Source: Squalus acanthias
Taxonomy: Eukaryota
Direction of reading: 5' to 3'
NCBI GenBank assembly: GCA_030390025.1
Contig: JASTWF010000230.1
Coordinates: 124,001-188,000 of the forward strand
DNA length: 64,000 nucleotides
In this document: one piece after another, positions 38,922 to 50,936 of the stretch
Position numbering within the stretch: the first letter of the stretch is position 1
Layout of the letters: each line of letters opens with the position of its first letter
Position numbers and translations under genes: made by a program
Notes under the pieces: generated by a model
The model's input: only the letters and a program-made list of their open reading frames with translations
The model's database searches: none
What the model was told of the DNA's origin: nothing

Positions 38922-39293
38922 GCCTACCTGGTCGCTGCCGCCTTTTACCGCCGCCGCCTCGCCGCTGTTGCTCCACCCAGGTCCGCCGCCTCTGTGGGCC
39001 TACCTGGTCGCTGCCGCCTTTTACCGCCGCCGCCTCGCAGCTATTGCTCCACCCAGGTCCGCCGCCTCTGTGGGCCTACCTGGTCGCTGCCGCCTTTTAC
39101 CGCCGCCGCCTCGCCGCTGTTGCTCCACCCAGGTCCGCCGCCTCTGTGGGCCTACCTGGTCGCTGCCGCCTTTTACCGCCGCCGCCTCGCCGCTGTTGCT
39201 CCACCCAGGTCCGCCGCCTCTGTGGGCCTACCTGGTCGCTGCCGCCTTTTACCGCCGCCGCCTCGCCGCTGTTGCTCCACCCAGGTCCGCCGC
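38922..39293 (-). repeat. 76-bp GC-rich tandem monomers (~4.9 copies) at the CR1 5' end
   Basis: Units start at 38922, 38998, 39074, 39150 and 39226; only copy 2 shows substitutions. Confidence 0.95.
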
Positions 39294-39380
39294 ATGTGTG
39301 CTAAACTAAAGCCTTGTCCACTTCTTTCTTTGTAAAGCTTGTATATTAAATGTTAGAAAAGACCGTGACGTAATAAATTA

Positions 39381-40103
39381 TGGGCCCTATTTTCCGATCG
39401 GACGCTTCCCGCGTGCGGAGACCTCCGATCTGGAGAAAATCTACTGACTGACCTGAGGGCTCCCGAGGCCCGGGCACTTCCGCTCCTGGGCCTCTCCAAC
39501 TCGAAATCTGCAGGGCCCACGTATCCCAGAGGCGCATGCGGTTCACAAGCGTTCCTGGGATCACGTAGGTCATGTGTAGCCAATCAAAGAAGAGAATCTC
39601 CCTTCATACACTTGACAGATAGACCTGTCAAATATATGAATGGAGATCACCCCAAAAACACTTTAAAATATTAAATATATATATTTTTAACCACATTTTT
39701 AAAATTAGTTGAAATTACAATAAATTAAATATTTTAAACAAAAATGTAATCTTTTGAAAAAAATAATTAAAGATTATTATGGGGCTAAAAATAAACTTAC
39801 CTTTGTTGAAGTATTTTTAAATGATAAATGAGTGAAAAAAAAAGTTTATAACTTTTTTCAAATCTTACGCCTGCTTTTACCAGTTGTAAGATTTTTAAGG
39901 GCAGAGGTTCTCCAGAAAGCGAAACTATCCGCCCACAGAAGCCCTTCTCCAGGGAAGGCATCCAATCTGTCAAGAGCATTCTTGACAGAACGGAAATGCC
40001 GGTTTCAGCGCATGGGCTTCGCATGCCTGAAACCGGCATTTCCGATATCCCCGCGGGTGTGTCCACAACGCGGACACACCTAGCAATTGGAATATCCGGC
40101 CCA
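39381..40103. mobile_element. MITE with Harbinger-like TIRs
   Basis: TGGGCCCTATTTTCCGAT ... ATTGGAATATCCGGCCCA; homologous to 57923-58504. Confidence 0.8.
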
Positions 40104-40113
40104 ATAAGTATGA

Positions 40114-40157
40114 TGGTTCCGTATGGGAGTCGAACCCACAAGCTATGGTGTTATCAC
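40114..40157 (-). pseudogene. tRNA-Ile-like 3' remnant
   Basis: TGGTTCCGTATGGGAGTCGAACCCAC resembles the reverse complement of the tRNA-Ile 3' half. Confidence 0.4.
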
Positions 40158-40360
40158 TCGGTGACCATGTTAGGATTTCCTTCAGACTGAAACAGAAAGT
40201 TGATTCATCAATTAGAACAATTGTTCATCATTTTACAGAGTTTAATGAGTTTTGTCAAATTAAGATAATAAAATATATTAATACAAATGTTAATCTCGGA
40301 CCTGCATTTGTAGACTGCGGTTCTCTTCTGTATTGTTCTTACAACCTTTGCCGGGCCAGA

Positions 40361-40432
40361 GTTTCCGCAGTGTAGTTGTCATCATGTTTGTCTTCAAACG
40401 CGAAGTCCACGGTTCGAAACTGAGCGGAAACA
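40361..40432 (+). pseudogene. tRNA-Val pseudogene
   Basis: GTTTCCGCAGTGTAGTTG...GGTTCGAAACTGAGCGGAAACA; anticodon arm corrupted. Confidence 0.8.
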
Positions 40433-41274
40433 TTTTGAAAACCTTCCCCATTAAAATTGAATAAATATGCAAAATTGAAGAATTCCTGTTGCGGTTAAAT
40501 ACGCAGCGAGTGGTGATGAACTGGTAGTCGGTGCCAAGGGAAGTGGTGGAAGCAGAGACGCTCAATGTTTTCAAGGGGAGACTGGACAGGCACTTGAGGG
40601 AAATAAACTTGCAGGGCTACTGGGATAGAGCGGGTGAATGGGACTGACTGGATTGCTCTACAGAGAGTCGGCGCGGACTCGATGAGCCGAATGGCCCCTT
40701 CTTTGCAGTTAAGACTCTATGAGTAAAATGACATTTCTCACAGAATCCGTATATTTTCTTTGTACAATTCTACACAGACTCAAACTCAGCACAGATTCCG
40801 AAGGTGTCCCTCCTTCACTCCCGTTTTCTGCCCTGACGGTGCAGAAAGCTCCTCTCAAAGCTGCACATTCGACTGGTTTCAGTGGATCCGTGGGAGATTT
40901 TTAAAGGATCCTGTAGCGTCGCCTCGGATAATAACCCGAGATCGTCACCATATTTCACACACCGCAGCAACCCCGTCCATTTCAGTATAAGTCCCCTTTT
41001 CAACGGTCTTAATAAGTCTTAATTACTGCCAAATAACCTCTCTGGCACCGAAAATTAACCTATATACATGTGGAGTCTCATTCATTCAGAATTCAATTGT
41101 ATTAGATTTTTAAAATAATTAAAATATTTTTACTTTATTCTGTTTGTTTTTTCTCTCTCTTGATCCAATCTTTCTTTTCCTCTCTTTATTTCGCTTTCTG
41201 TGCCTGATTTGGTATTGAATTCACTGTTCTAACTTACTTTTCCAGCTTCAGACTCTGTGCTGCTCATTAACTTT

Positions 41275-43811
41275 ATCTGAAAGCAAGAAACATTCGTAAT
41301 AAGGTAAACGAATTAACAGCGCAAATATACGTAAACGGATATGATATAATTGCGATTACGGAGACATGGCTGCAGGGTGACCAAGGCTGGGAGCTGAATA
41401 TCCAAGGATATTCGATATTTAGGAAGGACGGGCATAAAGGAAAAGGAGGTGGGGTGGCGTTGTTAGTAAAGGATGAAATCAGTGCATTACTGAGAAAGGA
41501 TATTGGCTCAGAAAATCAAGATCTAGTATCAGTCTAGATGGAGCTAAGCAGCACCAAGGACAGAAAACATCGGTGGGAGTTGTCTATAGGCCTCCAAACA
41601 GTAGTGGTAATGTAGGGGATGGCATCAAACAGGAAATTAGAGATGCATGTAACAAGAGTACGACAGTAATCATGGGTGAGTTTAATCTACTTATAGACTG
41701 GCCAAACCAAATTAGCAATAATACTGTGGAGGATGAATTCCTGGAGTGTGTACGAGATGGCTTTTTTGGAACAGTACGTTTTGGAGCCAAATAGGGAACA
41801 GGCTATCCTAGATTGGGTATTGTGGAATGCGAAGCGAATAATTAATAAACTTGTTGTGCAGGGTCCTTTAGGGAAGAGTGACCATAACATGATAGAATTC
41901 TTCATTAAGATGGAAAGTGAAGAAGTCCAATCCGCAACTAGGATTCTTAAACTAAACAAAGGAAACTACGAAGGTATGAAGAGTGAGTTGGCTGTGATAG
42001 ATTGGGGAGCTTCATTAAAATGCATGATGGTGGATAGGCAATGGCTAACATTTAAGGAACGAATGCATAAATTGCAACCGTTATACACTCCTTTCTGGCG
42101 CAAAAACACAAAAGGAAAAGCGGCCCAACCATGGCTAACAAAATAAATTAAGGATAGTATTACATCCAAAGAGGTGGCATATAAAGTTGCCTGAAAAAGT
42201 AGCAAGCCTGAGGATTGGGAGCAGTTTAGAGTTCAGCAAAAAAGGACCACGAGATTGATTAAGAAGGAACATAAAAGTGGACTACAAAGGCTTCTACAAG
42301 CATCTAAAAAGAAAAATATTAGTGAAGACAAATGTAGATCCCTTACAGTCAGAAACGGGAGAATTTATAATGGGGAACAAGGAAATGGCTGAGCAATTAA
42401 ACAAATACTTTGGTTCTGTCTTCAAGAAAGAGGACACACATAACTTTTCAGAAATGCTAGGGAACCAAAGGTCTAGTGAGAAGGAGGAATTAAAGGAAAT
42501 TAGTATTAGTAAAAAAATTGTTTTGGAGAAATTAATATAACTGAAAGCCGATAAATCGGCAGGGCCTGAAAATCCGCATCCCAGAGTACTAAAAGAGGTA
42601 GTTGTGGGAATAGTGGATGCCTTGGTTTTCATCTTCCAAAATTCTATAGATTATGGAACAGATCCTGAAGATAGCAGGGTGGCAAATGTAAAGTCACTAT
42701 TTAAAAAAGGGCGGAGAGAGAAAACAGGGAACTACAGACCAGTTAGCCTAACATCAGTAGTAGGGAACATGCTAGAGTCTATTATAAAGGATGTGATAAC
42801 AGGACACTTAGAAAATATCAACGGGATTAGACAAAGTCAACATGGATTTATGAAAGGGAAATTGTGTTTGACAAACCTACTGGAATTTTTGAGGATGTAA
42901 CTGTTAGAATAGATAAGGAAGAACCAGTGGATATGTGTATTTGGATTTTCAGAAGACCTTTAATATAGTCCCACATAAGAGGTTAGTGTGTAAAATTAAA
43001 GCACATGGGATTGGGGGTAATATACTGGCATGGATTGAAAATTGGTTAACAGACAGGAAACAGAGAGTAGGAATAAATGGGTCTTTTTCGGGGTGGCAGG
43101 CGGTGACTAGTGGGGTACCACAGGGATCAGTGCTTGGGCCCCAGCTATTCACAATATATATCAATGATTGGATAAGGGAACCAAATTGAATATTTCCAAG
43201 TTTGCAGATGACACGAAACTAGGTGGGATTGTGAGTTGTGAGGAGGATGCAAAGAGGCTTCATGGCGATTTAGTCAAGTTGAGTGAGTGGGAAAATACAT
43301 GGCAGATGCAGTATATCGTGGATAACTGTGAAGTTATCCACTTGGGTAGGAAAACCAGAAAGGCAGAGTATTATTAAAATGGTGATAGATTGGGAAATGT
43401 TGATGCACACAGGGACATGGGTGTCCTTGTACACCATTCACTGAAAGCAAACATGCAGCAAGCAGTTAGGAAGGCAAATGATATGTTGGCCTTCATTGCA
43501 AAAGGATTTGAGTACAGGAGCAAGGATGTCTTACTACAGTTATACAGGGCCTTGGTGAGACCACACCTGGAGTACAGTGTGCACTTTTGGTCACCTAAAC
43601 TAAGAAAAGACATACTTGCCATAGTGGGAGTGCAGCGAAGGTTCACCAGAATATATTTAAGAATGATATACATTTCTAGAAAAAAAATGTATCACAGGGT
43701 ATGGTGAGAGAGCACGAATATGGTATTGAGATAGAGGATCAGCCATGATCATATTGAATGGCGGAGCAGACTCGAAGGGCCGAATGGCCTACTCCTGCTC
43801 CTATTTTACTA
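41275..43811 (+). mobile_element. CR1 ORF2, fragmented, with internal deletion near 43650
   Basis: Endonuclease and RT motifs across several broken ORFs; CR1 tail at 43735-43811. Confidence 0.92.
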
Positions 43812-44695
43812 TGTTTTCTATGTTTCTATGTTTAACGATTAATGACGTGCTATGGCGTCACAGTGGTTCTGTTACTCGACCAGTAATCCAGAGACCTGGA
43901 CTAATGATCCGGGGCCGTGAGTTTAAATCCCACTGCGCCAGGTGGGTGAAATACGACACCAAGGTCGCGAACAGACTGGTTCAGCCTCAGACAGCGGCCA
44001 GGGATAGGGATGGAGTCGGTGGCCAGGGAACGGAGTTTGTGGCGGGGACCAGCACTCAATGGCGATACATTGCTGCCCCCTCAAGGCTACTTGCAAACCT
44101 TTCCGCCCAGCAAAATTGCGAATAGTGGGCAAGGTTATCTCCTTTATTCCACTTGGGCTCGGCCTTTCCTCATCCATAGCTACAGATTCAACACTTTCCC
44201 CGCTGCTAAGTGTCGATGCTGAGCTAATCACACAGCTGCCGTCAAGGCTATCGGTTCTCAAGTCGCTGCTTCTGTTTCACACTGCACAGCACCGGTTTTA
44301 TTACAGTCTTATCAGATAGAAAGTGTATAAGCATTGCAAGGCACTGATGCACAAAGCTTGAAAAGACAATATCAACTTTGCTCGAGGGCGAGAACACAAT
44401 CCATGCAATGCCTGAATTTGAGGAAGCACTGCTTTGAAGTTCTTCATGTCTACCAGCTGAATGCAGATGGAAATGAACATTTCATCAAACAGCATTCTGT
44501 TGAGCAGTCAAACGCTGCATTGAACAACAAACTTTCTCTTCCGCTGATTTTGAACAGGAAAATTATGATTTGACAGATAGACAAGGAGCTCAATCCTCAT
44601 TGATTCAGGCAGCAAACTGCCCAGAGCAGCGATTGGCTCAGGTGCCTTTTACTTCTTTGTTCTAAATTTTCCAACAGCTGGTACAAGAAGAAATC

Positions 44696-44767
44696 AGGTT
44701 CCACCGAGATTTAAACTCAGATCACTGGATTCAAAGTCCAGAGTGCTCACCATTACACAATGGAACA
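44696..44767 (-). pseudogene. tRNA-Gln(TTG), probable pseudogene
   Basis: Close to the vertebrate tRNA-Gln sequence but T loop reads GTTTAAA and G1 is lost. Confidence 0.8.
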
Positions 44768-45290
44768 CACACCCGCTGCTTGAGCCAACTCTGTTTTCTC
44801 AATCTCTGCTACCATTCACAGACAGTGGAATCGTTTCTGCCAATGCTGGAAATACTCAACAGGTCAGGCAGCATCTGTGGAGAGATCAATAGAGTTGTGA
44901 CAAAGGGGCATTCACCTGAAACGTTAATTCTGTTTCTCTCTCCACAGATGCTGCCTGACCTGCTGAGATTTTCCAGTATTTTCTGGTTTTTTTTTTAGAT
45001 TTCTAGCATTCGCAGTATTTTGCATTTGTTATCTTTTCTGATTCCAGTTCAGTGGCACTTGTTGTCTGACGCAAAGAGATGAATCGTTTCAACTGAAAAG
45101 TGAACTATCTCAGTCAAGAGCAAAATCTGTCATTGTACCAGGAGCTGGACTGAGAGCTCCAGTAACATGGATTGAAGCAGCAGTTCAGGCGACTGGGGGT
45201 TTGTGGAATGTTGTAGTCTAGAATCGATCTGTCCGCAGATTTTAACAAGTGTCTGCATTTACATGTAAAACACAGAGATTGACACAAATC

Positions 45291-45361
45291 AGGTCCTACT
45301 GAGATTTAAATCAGGTCGCTGGATTCAAAGTCCACAGTGTTCCCCATTACACCATGGAACC
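45291..45361 (-). pseudogene. tRNA-Gln(TTG) pseudogene
   Basis: GGTTCCATGGTGTAATGG head; mutated D and T arms. Confidence 0.78.
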
Positions 45362-45419
45362 GACACTAACATCTTATTGAGAGCAAATATTTGAAAGAAA
45401 CATGCCTCTTTTGTCATAA

Positions 45420-45790
45420 ACAACAACTTGCATCTATTTAGCGCCTTTACCGGCGTAGACCGTCCCAAGGCGCTTCACAGGAGGTTTCTGAAATAAATTG
45501 TGACACCCAGCCGCGAAAGGAATTATTAGCACAGATGATCGAAAGTTGGTCACAGAGGTAGGTTTTAAGGAGCGTGTTAAAAGAGAAAAGAGAGATAGAG
45601 AGGCGGAGAGGTTCAGGGAAGGAATTCCAGAACTGAGGTCCTCGGCAGCTGAAGGCACGGCCACCCATGGTGGAGCGATTAAAGTCAGGGCTGTTGAGAG
45701 CCCTGAATTGGAGGAGCGCAGATATCGCGGGGAGTTGTAGGGCTGGAGGAGATTACAGAGATAGGAAGGGGCGAGGCCATGGAGGGATTT
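45420..45790 (-). mobile_element. L2 LINE 3' end
   Basis: GGRAFSCRGPQFWNSFP...FNTLLKTYL plus L2 tail. Confidence 0.8.
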
Positions 45791-46120
45791 GCACTAGTGC
45801 GAGAGCACAGTACATGCAATGTCTGCATTTCAAGAAGCAATGCTTTGAAACTCTACAAGTCTGACTTCTGAATGCAGATTACAAAGAGAAGTTCAGCAAA
45901 CACCATGATGTTGTGCAGACAGACGCTGCATTGGACAACAAACAACTTTCACTTCCGCTCATTTGGAACAGGGAAAGACAGGCTGAGCTTGTGATTGGAC
46001 ATCTAGACAAGGAGATCAATCCCCATTGATGAAGGCAGCAAACGGCCCAGAGCAGCGATCGGTTTCCAGGAGACTTTTCATTCTTTTTTCCAAATTTTCC
46101 AACAGCCGGGACAAGAATTC

Positions 46121-46190
46121 AGGTTCCACCGAGATTTAAAGTCAGATCACTGGATTCAAAGTCCAGAGTGCTCACCATTACACCATTCCA
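46121..46190 (-). pseudogene. tRNA-Gln(TTG) pseudogene
   Basis: Paralog of 44696-44767 with the 5' end lost. Confidence 0.78.
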
Positions 46191-46498
46191 CGTGCGCTCC
46201 TCTGAGCCAACTCTGTTTTCTCCAGCTCTCCTCCCATTCACAGTCACTGGAATCTTTCTTAACTCCTGTTCAGTGAGACTTGTGTTCTGACACAAAGAGA
46301 CTTATCGTTTCAACAATCTCCGCCAAGAACAGCATTCTGTCATTGTGGCAGGAGCTGGACTCAGAGCTCCAGTAACATGGATTGCAGCAGCAGCTCAGGA
46401 TTGCAGACTTGTGGAATGTTATTTACTAGAATCGATCTGTCTGCAGATGTTAAAAAGTGTCGCCATTTCCATGGGAATCATAGAGATTGACACAAAAC

Positions 46499-46568
46499 AA
46501 GTTCCACCGAAATTTGAACTCAGAGCGCTGGATTCAGGGTCCAGAGCGCTCACCATTACACCACAAAC
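46499..46568 (-). pseudogene. tRNA-Gln(CTG) pseudogene
   Basis: Positional paralog of 45291-45361; acceptor stem broken. Confidence 0.75.
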
Positions 46569-47330
46569 AGGAAAGAACGTGTCAAAGGCGAGATTGAATT
46601 GTTGATTCTCGCTCTCTCTCCACTGACTCTCTTTCACTAACATTTCCCCAATCGAATATATTGGAACATATTTCATTCCAAAGTGAGTAACCTCCTGAAA
46701 AGCTCCGTGATTTCCCTCGCCGAATCACATCACTCTCGTTGGGATCAATTTCGACGAGAAACAGCTGTGACGTCCTGAGTGGGTGAAAGGCGCTGCAGAA
46801 AGACAAGTCTTTCTTGCAAAAGTTTCAACTGCAATTTCAAAACGCGGGCACCTCCGCGATTTGAATCCGGGAACTTCCGGCAAAATTTAACCAACAACCC
46901 CGAAGCGAGAATCACAACCCGAGACCAACTTATTAAAAAGATAGCCATACAGACCGATAGAAACTGCAATTTGAATCCTATCGCTGACCCTGTGTTGTCC
47001 TATTAATCTGTGTTGTTCTGCTCCCACATTATCAATGACAAGGTTCCGAGCCTCAATTTTTAAATAAAATATGTCCACATCTTCAGTAACGACACGCGAG
47101 GATGAGATTCCCTAAATCAGCGCCAACTTTCCCCAAAAAACCTTATAGTACGCAACCAAAACTGTGTCCTATATGGGAAATATCATTGAGAATTACTTCG
47201 CTCACTGTAACTATGCCATTTGAGTGGCATAATTCGCCTTTCAATGCGTATTTTATTCATACTTAACCAAACATGTAATTGATTCCAGTTTTCATATTTA
47301 CTGAACTTGAATGGAGAAAAGCCATCAGGT

Positions 47331-47403
47331 TGCATCTACCCACTTTCGAACCGTTGAGTTGTCGTGTGTTAGCGGACTGCGATAACCACAACACACCGGA
47401 GAC
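47331..47403 (-). pseudogene. tRNA-Val(AAC) pseudogene
   Basis: GTCTCCG..GTGGTTATC..CTAACAC..CGGTTCGAAA, strongly diverged. Confidence 0.6.
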
Positions 47404-47894
47404 CATCCAGCACTCGGGTGCATTGCATTGCAGCGACTCAATAGGAAGAGGAGGAGGCCATTCAGCCCCTCGAGCCTGTTCCGCCATTCATTTAGATCCC
47501 GGGCTGATCTGTGGGTTAACTCCATCTACCTGCTTAGGTTCAGTAATACCCTTAATACCCTTAACCAACAAAAATCTATCGACAGTAGCGGCAATCTTCA
47601 GCCTCAAACCAGCTCCGCTCCCGGATCCAGACAGAAAAGGCTTCTTACTGACGGCCACCGTGCAGATTAATGAATTACATTTCTGAACTTTACCGGGGAG
47701 GGATTCGGAGATTCCCAAAGCGATCAAAAGATGAAATGGGCGTCACTGTTGATCAGTGTTCTCTCACTCAAAGTTATCTATATAGTGAAGTGAAATAAAG
47801 AGCAATAAAAGAATAAGGGAGCAGCCACTGTAGCCCTTTTGACAGGAGAATAAACTCGCCTCGAGATGTTCATCCACAACAAGTTAAAACAAAA

Positions 47895-47967
47895 TGAACC
47901 CACCCAGGATCGAACCGGAGACCTTACGCGTGCAAAGCGAACGTGATAACCACTACACCACGGAAAC
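47895..47967 (-). pseudogene. tRNA-Val body with TGC anticodon, broken acceptor stem
   Basis: GTTTCCGTGGTGTAGTGGTTATCACGTTCGCTTTGCACGCGTAAGGTCTCCGGTTCGATCC. Confidence 0.8.
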
Positions 47968-48174
47968 TGCTGGTACTGTAACTGCATCAGAGCGGAACTG
48001 ACCAGTGAACTTCCTCTGTGCTGATCGGGAATGTGTTGGTTCAACTTAAACAACATCACTTGTGTCCCACACTAAAAGTTCACAATCCTTCTCCTCCACT
48101 ACATTTTACAGCTCACACACGGGAGAGGTGGGGAAACGCTTCCCGCGGGTAGGGGCTGCTGTCAAGGATGGGAC

Positions 48175-48635
48175 ATAGAATCATAGAATCACACAGCACT
48201 AAAGGAGGCCTTTCGGCCCATCCTGCCTTTGCCGGCTCTTTGAAAGAGCTTTCCAATTAGTCCCACTCTAGTGCTCTTCCCTTAGCACTGCAATGTTTTA
48301 ATTTTTACATTCCCTTTTGAAAGATACTATTGAATCAGCTTCCACCGATCATTCAAGGAGTGGATTCCAGCTGATAACAACTCGCTGCGTAAAAAAAAAT
48401 CGCCTCGCCTCCTCCCTGGCTTATTGTGTTACCGATTATTTTAAATCTGTGTCCTCTGGTAACCGATCCTCCTGCCAGTAAAATCAGTTTCTCCCTGTCT
48501 GCTCCATCAACGCCCCACCCGGCCCATAATGGTGAACACCTCTATTAAATCTCCCGTTAACCTTCTCTGCCATTAGGAGAACAATCCCAGCTTCTCCAGC
48601 CTCTCCACATCAGTGAAGTCCCTCATCCCTGGACA
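48175..48635 (-). mobile_element. CR1 3' fragment
   Basis: Reverse-complement CR1 3' end with (CATAGAAT)n tail. Confidence 0.75.
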
Positions 48636-49259
48636 TGATGTAAGGTGGAGGATTGCGATGAAATTTGGAAAATATTGCCAGTTGGGACCGGAAAAATCGA
48701 AAAGAACAAAACAAGAAAATACAGTGAACAGTTTTGTGAATCTTTAGAAATGCTTTTGGAAACGGAATGAGGGGAGAATGAAGAGCTGAACTGCCCGACT
48801 GTCCAGAGGCGGTCAAGGCACCTTTCCCTGGTTTAAGACAATGAGACATTTACTCTGATGTTACCGGTGAATTGAACTGATCGGAGCCAAGTGAAAGATT
48901 CTCGTTACTGCAGATCAGGAAGATAAACCTAATACCGGCTTCGGGACAATCAGAAAGCTTCCTCACAGACATGGCACCGAAAGGCTCGAAGGGAGACCGC
49001 ACCGGTTGCGGGAGAGCTGGTTGATATTCATATGAAGGAGAAGGGAATAGTAGGTTATGCTGATAGAGTTAGATGTGGAAAGACGGGAGGAGGCTCTTGT
49101 GCAGCATAAACGCCGGCATGGACTGGTTGGGCCGAATGGCCTGTTTATGTGCTGTATATCCTATGTAATCCTATGTACTCCTATGCAATGCAAGAAAAGT
49201 TGCCAAATCAATTTGTAATTTTCCCATGGCTTTGTGTAGGAGATGACGTTATTCTGGCA

Positions 49260-50785
49260 ATGGAGAAGATTGCAGGGGCTCTGACATAGATTTTCAGAAT
49301 CTCTCTGGCCACAGGGGAGGTGCCAGAGGACTGGAGGACAGCTAACGTAGTACCATTATTCAAGAATGGTAGTAGGGATAAACCAGGGAATTACAGGCCA
49401 GTGAGCCCAACGTCAGTGGTAGGGAAATAATTGGAAAAAAATCTGAGGGACCAAATTAGTCTCCACTTGGAGAGGCAAGGATTAATCAAGAATAGTCAGC
49501 ATGGCTTTGTCAGGGGGAGATCATGTCTAACCAATTTGATTGAATTTTTCGAGGGGGTGACTAGGTGTGTGGATGAGAGTAGTGCAGTTGATGTAGTCTA
49601 CATGGACTTCAGTAAGGCTTTTGACTAAGTCCCGCATGGGAGACTGATCAAGAAGGTAAGAGCCCATGGGATCCAGGGCAATTTGGCACATTGGATCCAA
49701 AACTGGCTTAGTGGCAGGAGGCAGAAGGTGATGGTCAAAGGTTGTTTTTGTGACTGGAAGCCTGTGTCCAGTGGTGTACCGCAGGGATCGGTGCTGGGTC
49801 CGTTGCTGTTTGTAGTGTGCATTAATGATTTAGTTATGAATGTAGGAGGTATGATCAGTAAGTTCGCAGAAGACACGAAAATTAGTAGAGTGGTTAATAG
49901 CGAGGAGAGAAGCCTCAGTCTCAGGACGATATAGACGGGTTGGTCAGATGGGCAGAACAGTGGCAAATGGAATTTAACCCTGAAAAGTGTGAGTGCATTT
50001 TGGGAGGACTAACAAGGCAAGGGAATACACAATGAATGGTAGGACCCTAGGAAGGACAGGTGATCAGAGGGACCTTGGTGTGCATGTACATAGATCCCTG
50101 AAAGCAGCAGAACAGGTAGATAAGGTGGTTAAGAAGGCATATGTGATACTTGCCTTCATTAGCCAAGGCATAGAATATAAGAGCAGGAAGGTTATGATGG
50201 AGCTGTACAAAATGCTAGTTAGGCCACAGCTGGAATACTGTGTGCAGTTCTGGTCGCCACACTATAGGAAGGATGTGATTGCATTGGAGAGGGTGCAGAG
50301 AAGATTCACGAGGTTGTTACCTGGGCTGTAGCGTTTCAGCTATGAAGGGAGACTGGACAGGCTGGGGATGTTTTCCCTGGAGCAGCGAAGCCTGAGGGGG
50401 TCCTGATTGAGGTGTACAAAATTATGAGGGGCAAATATAGGGTAGATAGAAATGAACTTTTCCCCTTAGTAGAGGGGTCAATATCCAGGGGGCATAGTTT
50501 CAAGGTAAGGGGCAGGACGTTTAGAGGGGATTTGAGGAAAACATTTTTCACCCAGAGGGTGGTTGGAATCTGGAACTCACTGTCTGAAAGGATGGTAGAG
50601 GCAGGATCCCTCACAACATTCCAGAAGCATTTAGATGAGCACTTGAAACGCCATAGCATACACGGCTACGGACCAAGTGCTGGAAAATGGGATTAGAATA
50701 GACAGGGCTTGATGGCCGGCACAGACACGATGGGCCGAAGGGCCTCTTTCTGTGCTGTATAACTCTATGACTCTATGACTCTATG
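49260..50785 (+). mobile_element. CR1 LINE, 5'-truncated
   Basis: [30 protein letters not shown]; tail (ACTCTATG)n. Confidence 0.92.
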
Positions 50786-50936
50786 GTTGGTCCTGTTTAA
50801 AACTAGATTAAAAAGGTAATAATTGAAGCAAATATAACGTAAGAATCAAACACAACTTTTTACCTCACAGGTGTTCCATCTGACTGATATGTATAACCTG
50901 ACCCACTTGTTGTTATTGTGCCAAGTATGGTCATTA

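Larger units (their letters stand above)
34534..39293 (-). mobile_element. Nearly intact full-length CR1 LINE
   Basis: 5' monomer array, ORF1, ORF2 with a single frameshift, 3' UTR ending in (TTCTTATG)n; ends defined by the paralogous empty site at ~33565-33600. Confidence 0.96.

Noticed and set aside
38807-39335. Repetitive ORFs or CRISPR-like array
   Set aside because: Head-to-tail 76-bp repeat with no unique spacers, in a vertebrate LINE 5' UTR
46845-47005. Possible tRNA-Cys/Pro remnant and a neighbouring hairpin followed by a T run on the minus strand
   Set aside because: Too degenerate to assign; no match to an ncRNA family I recognise
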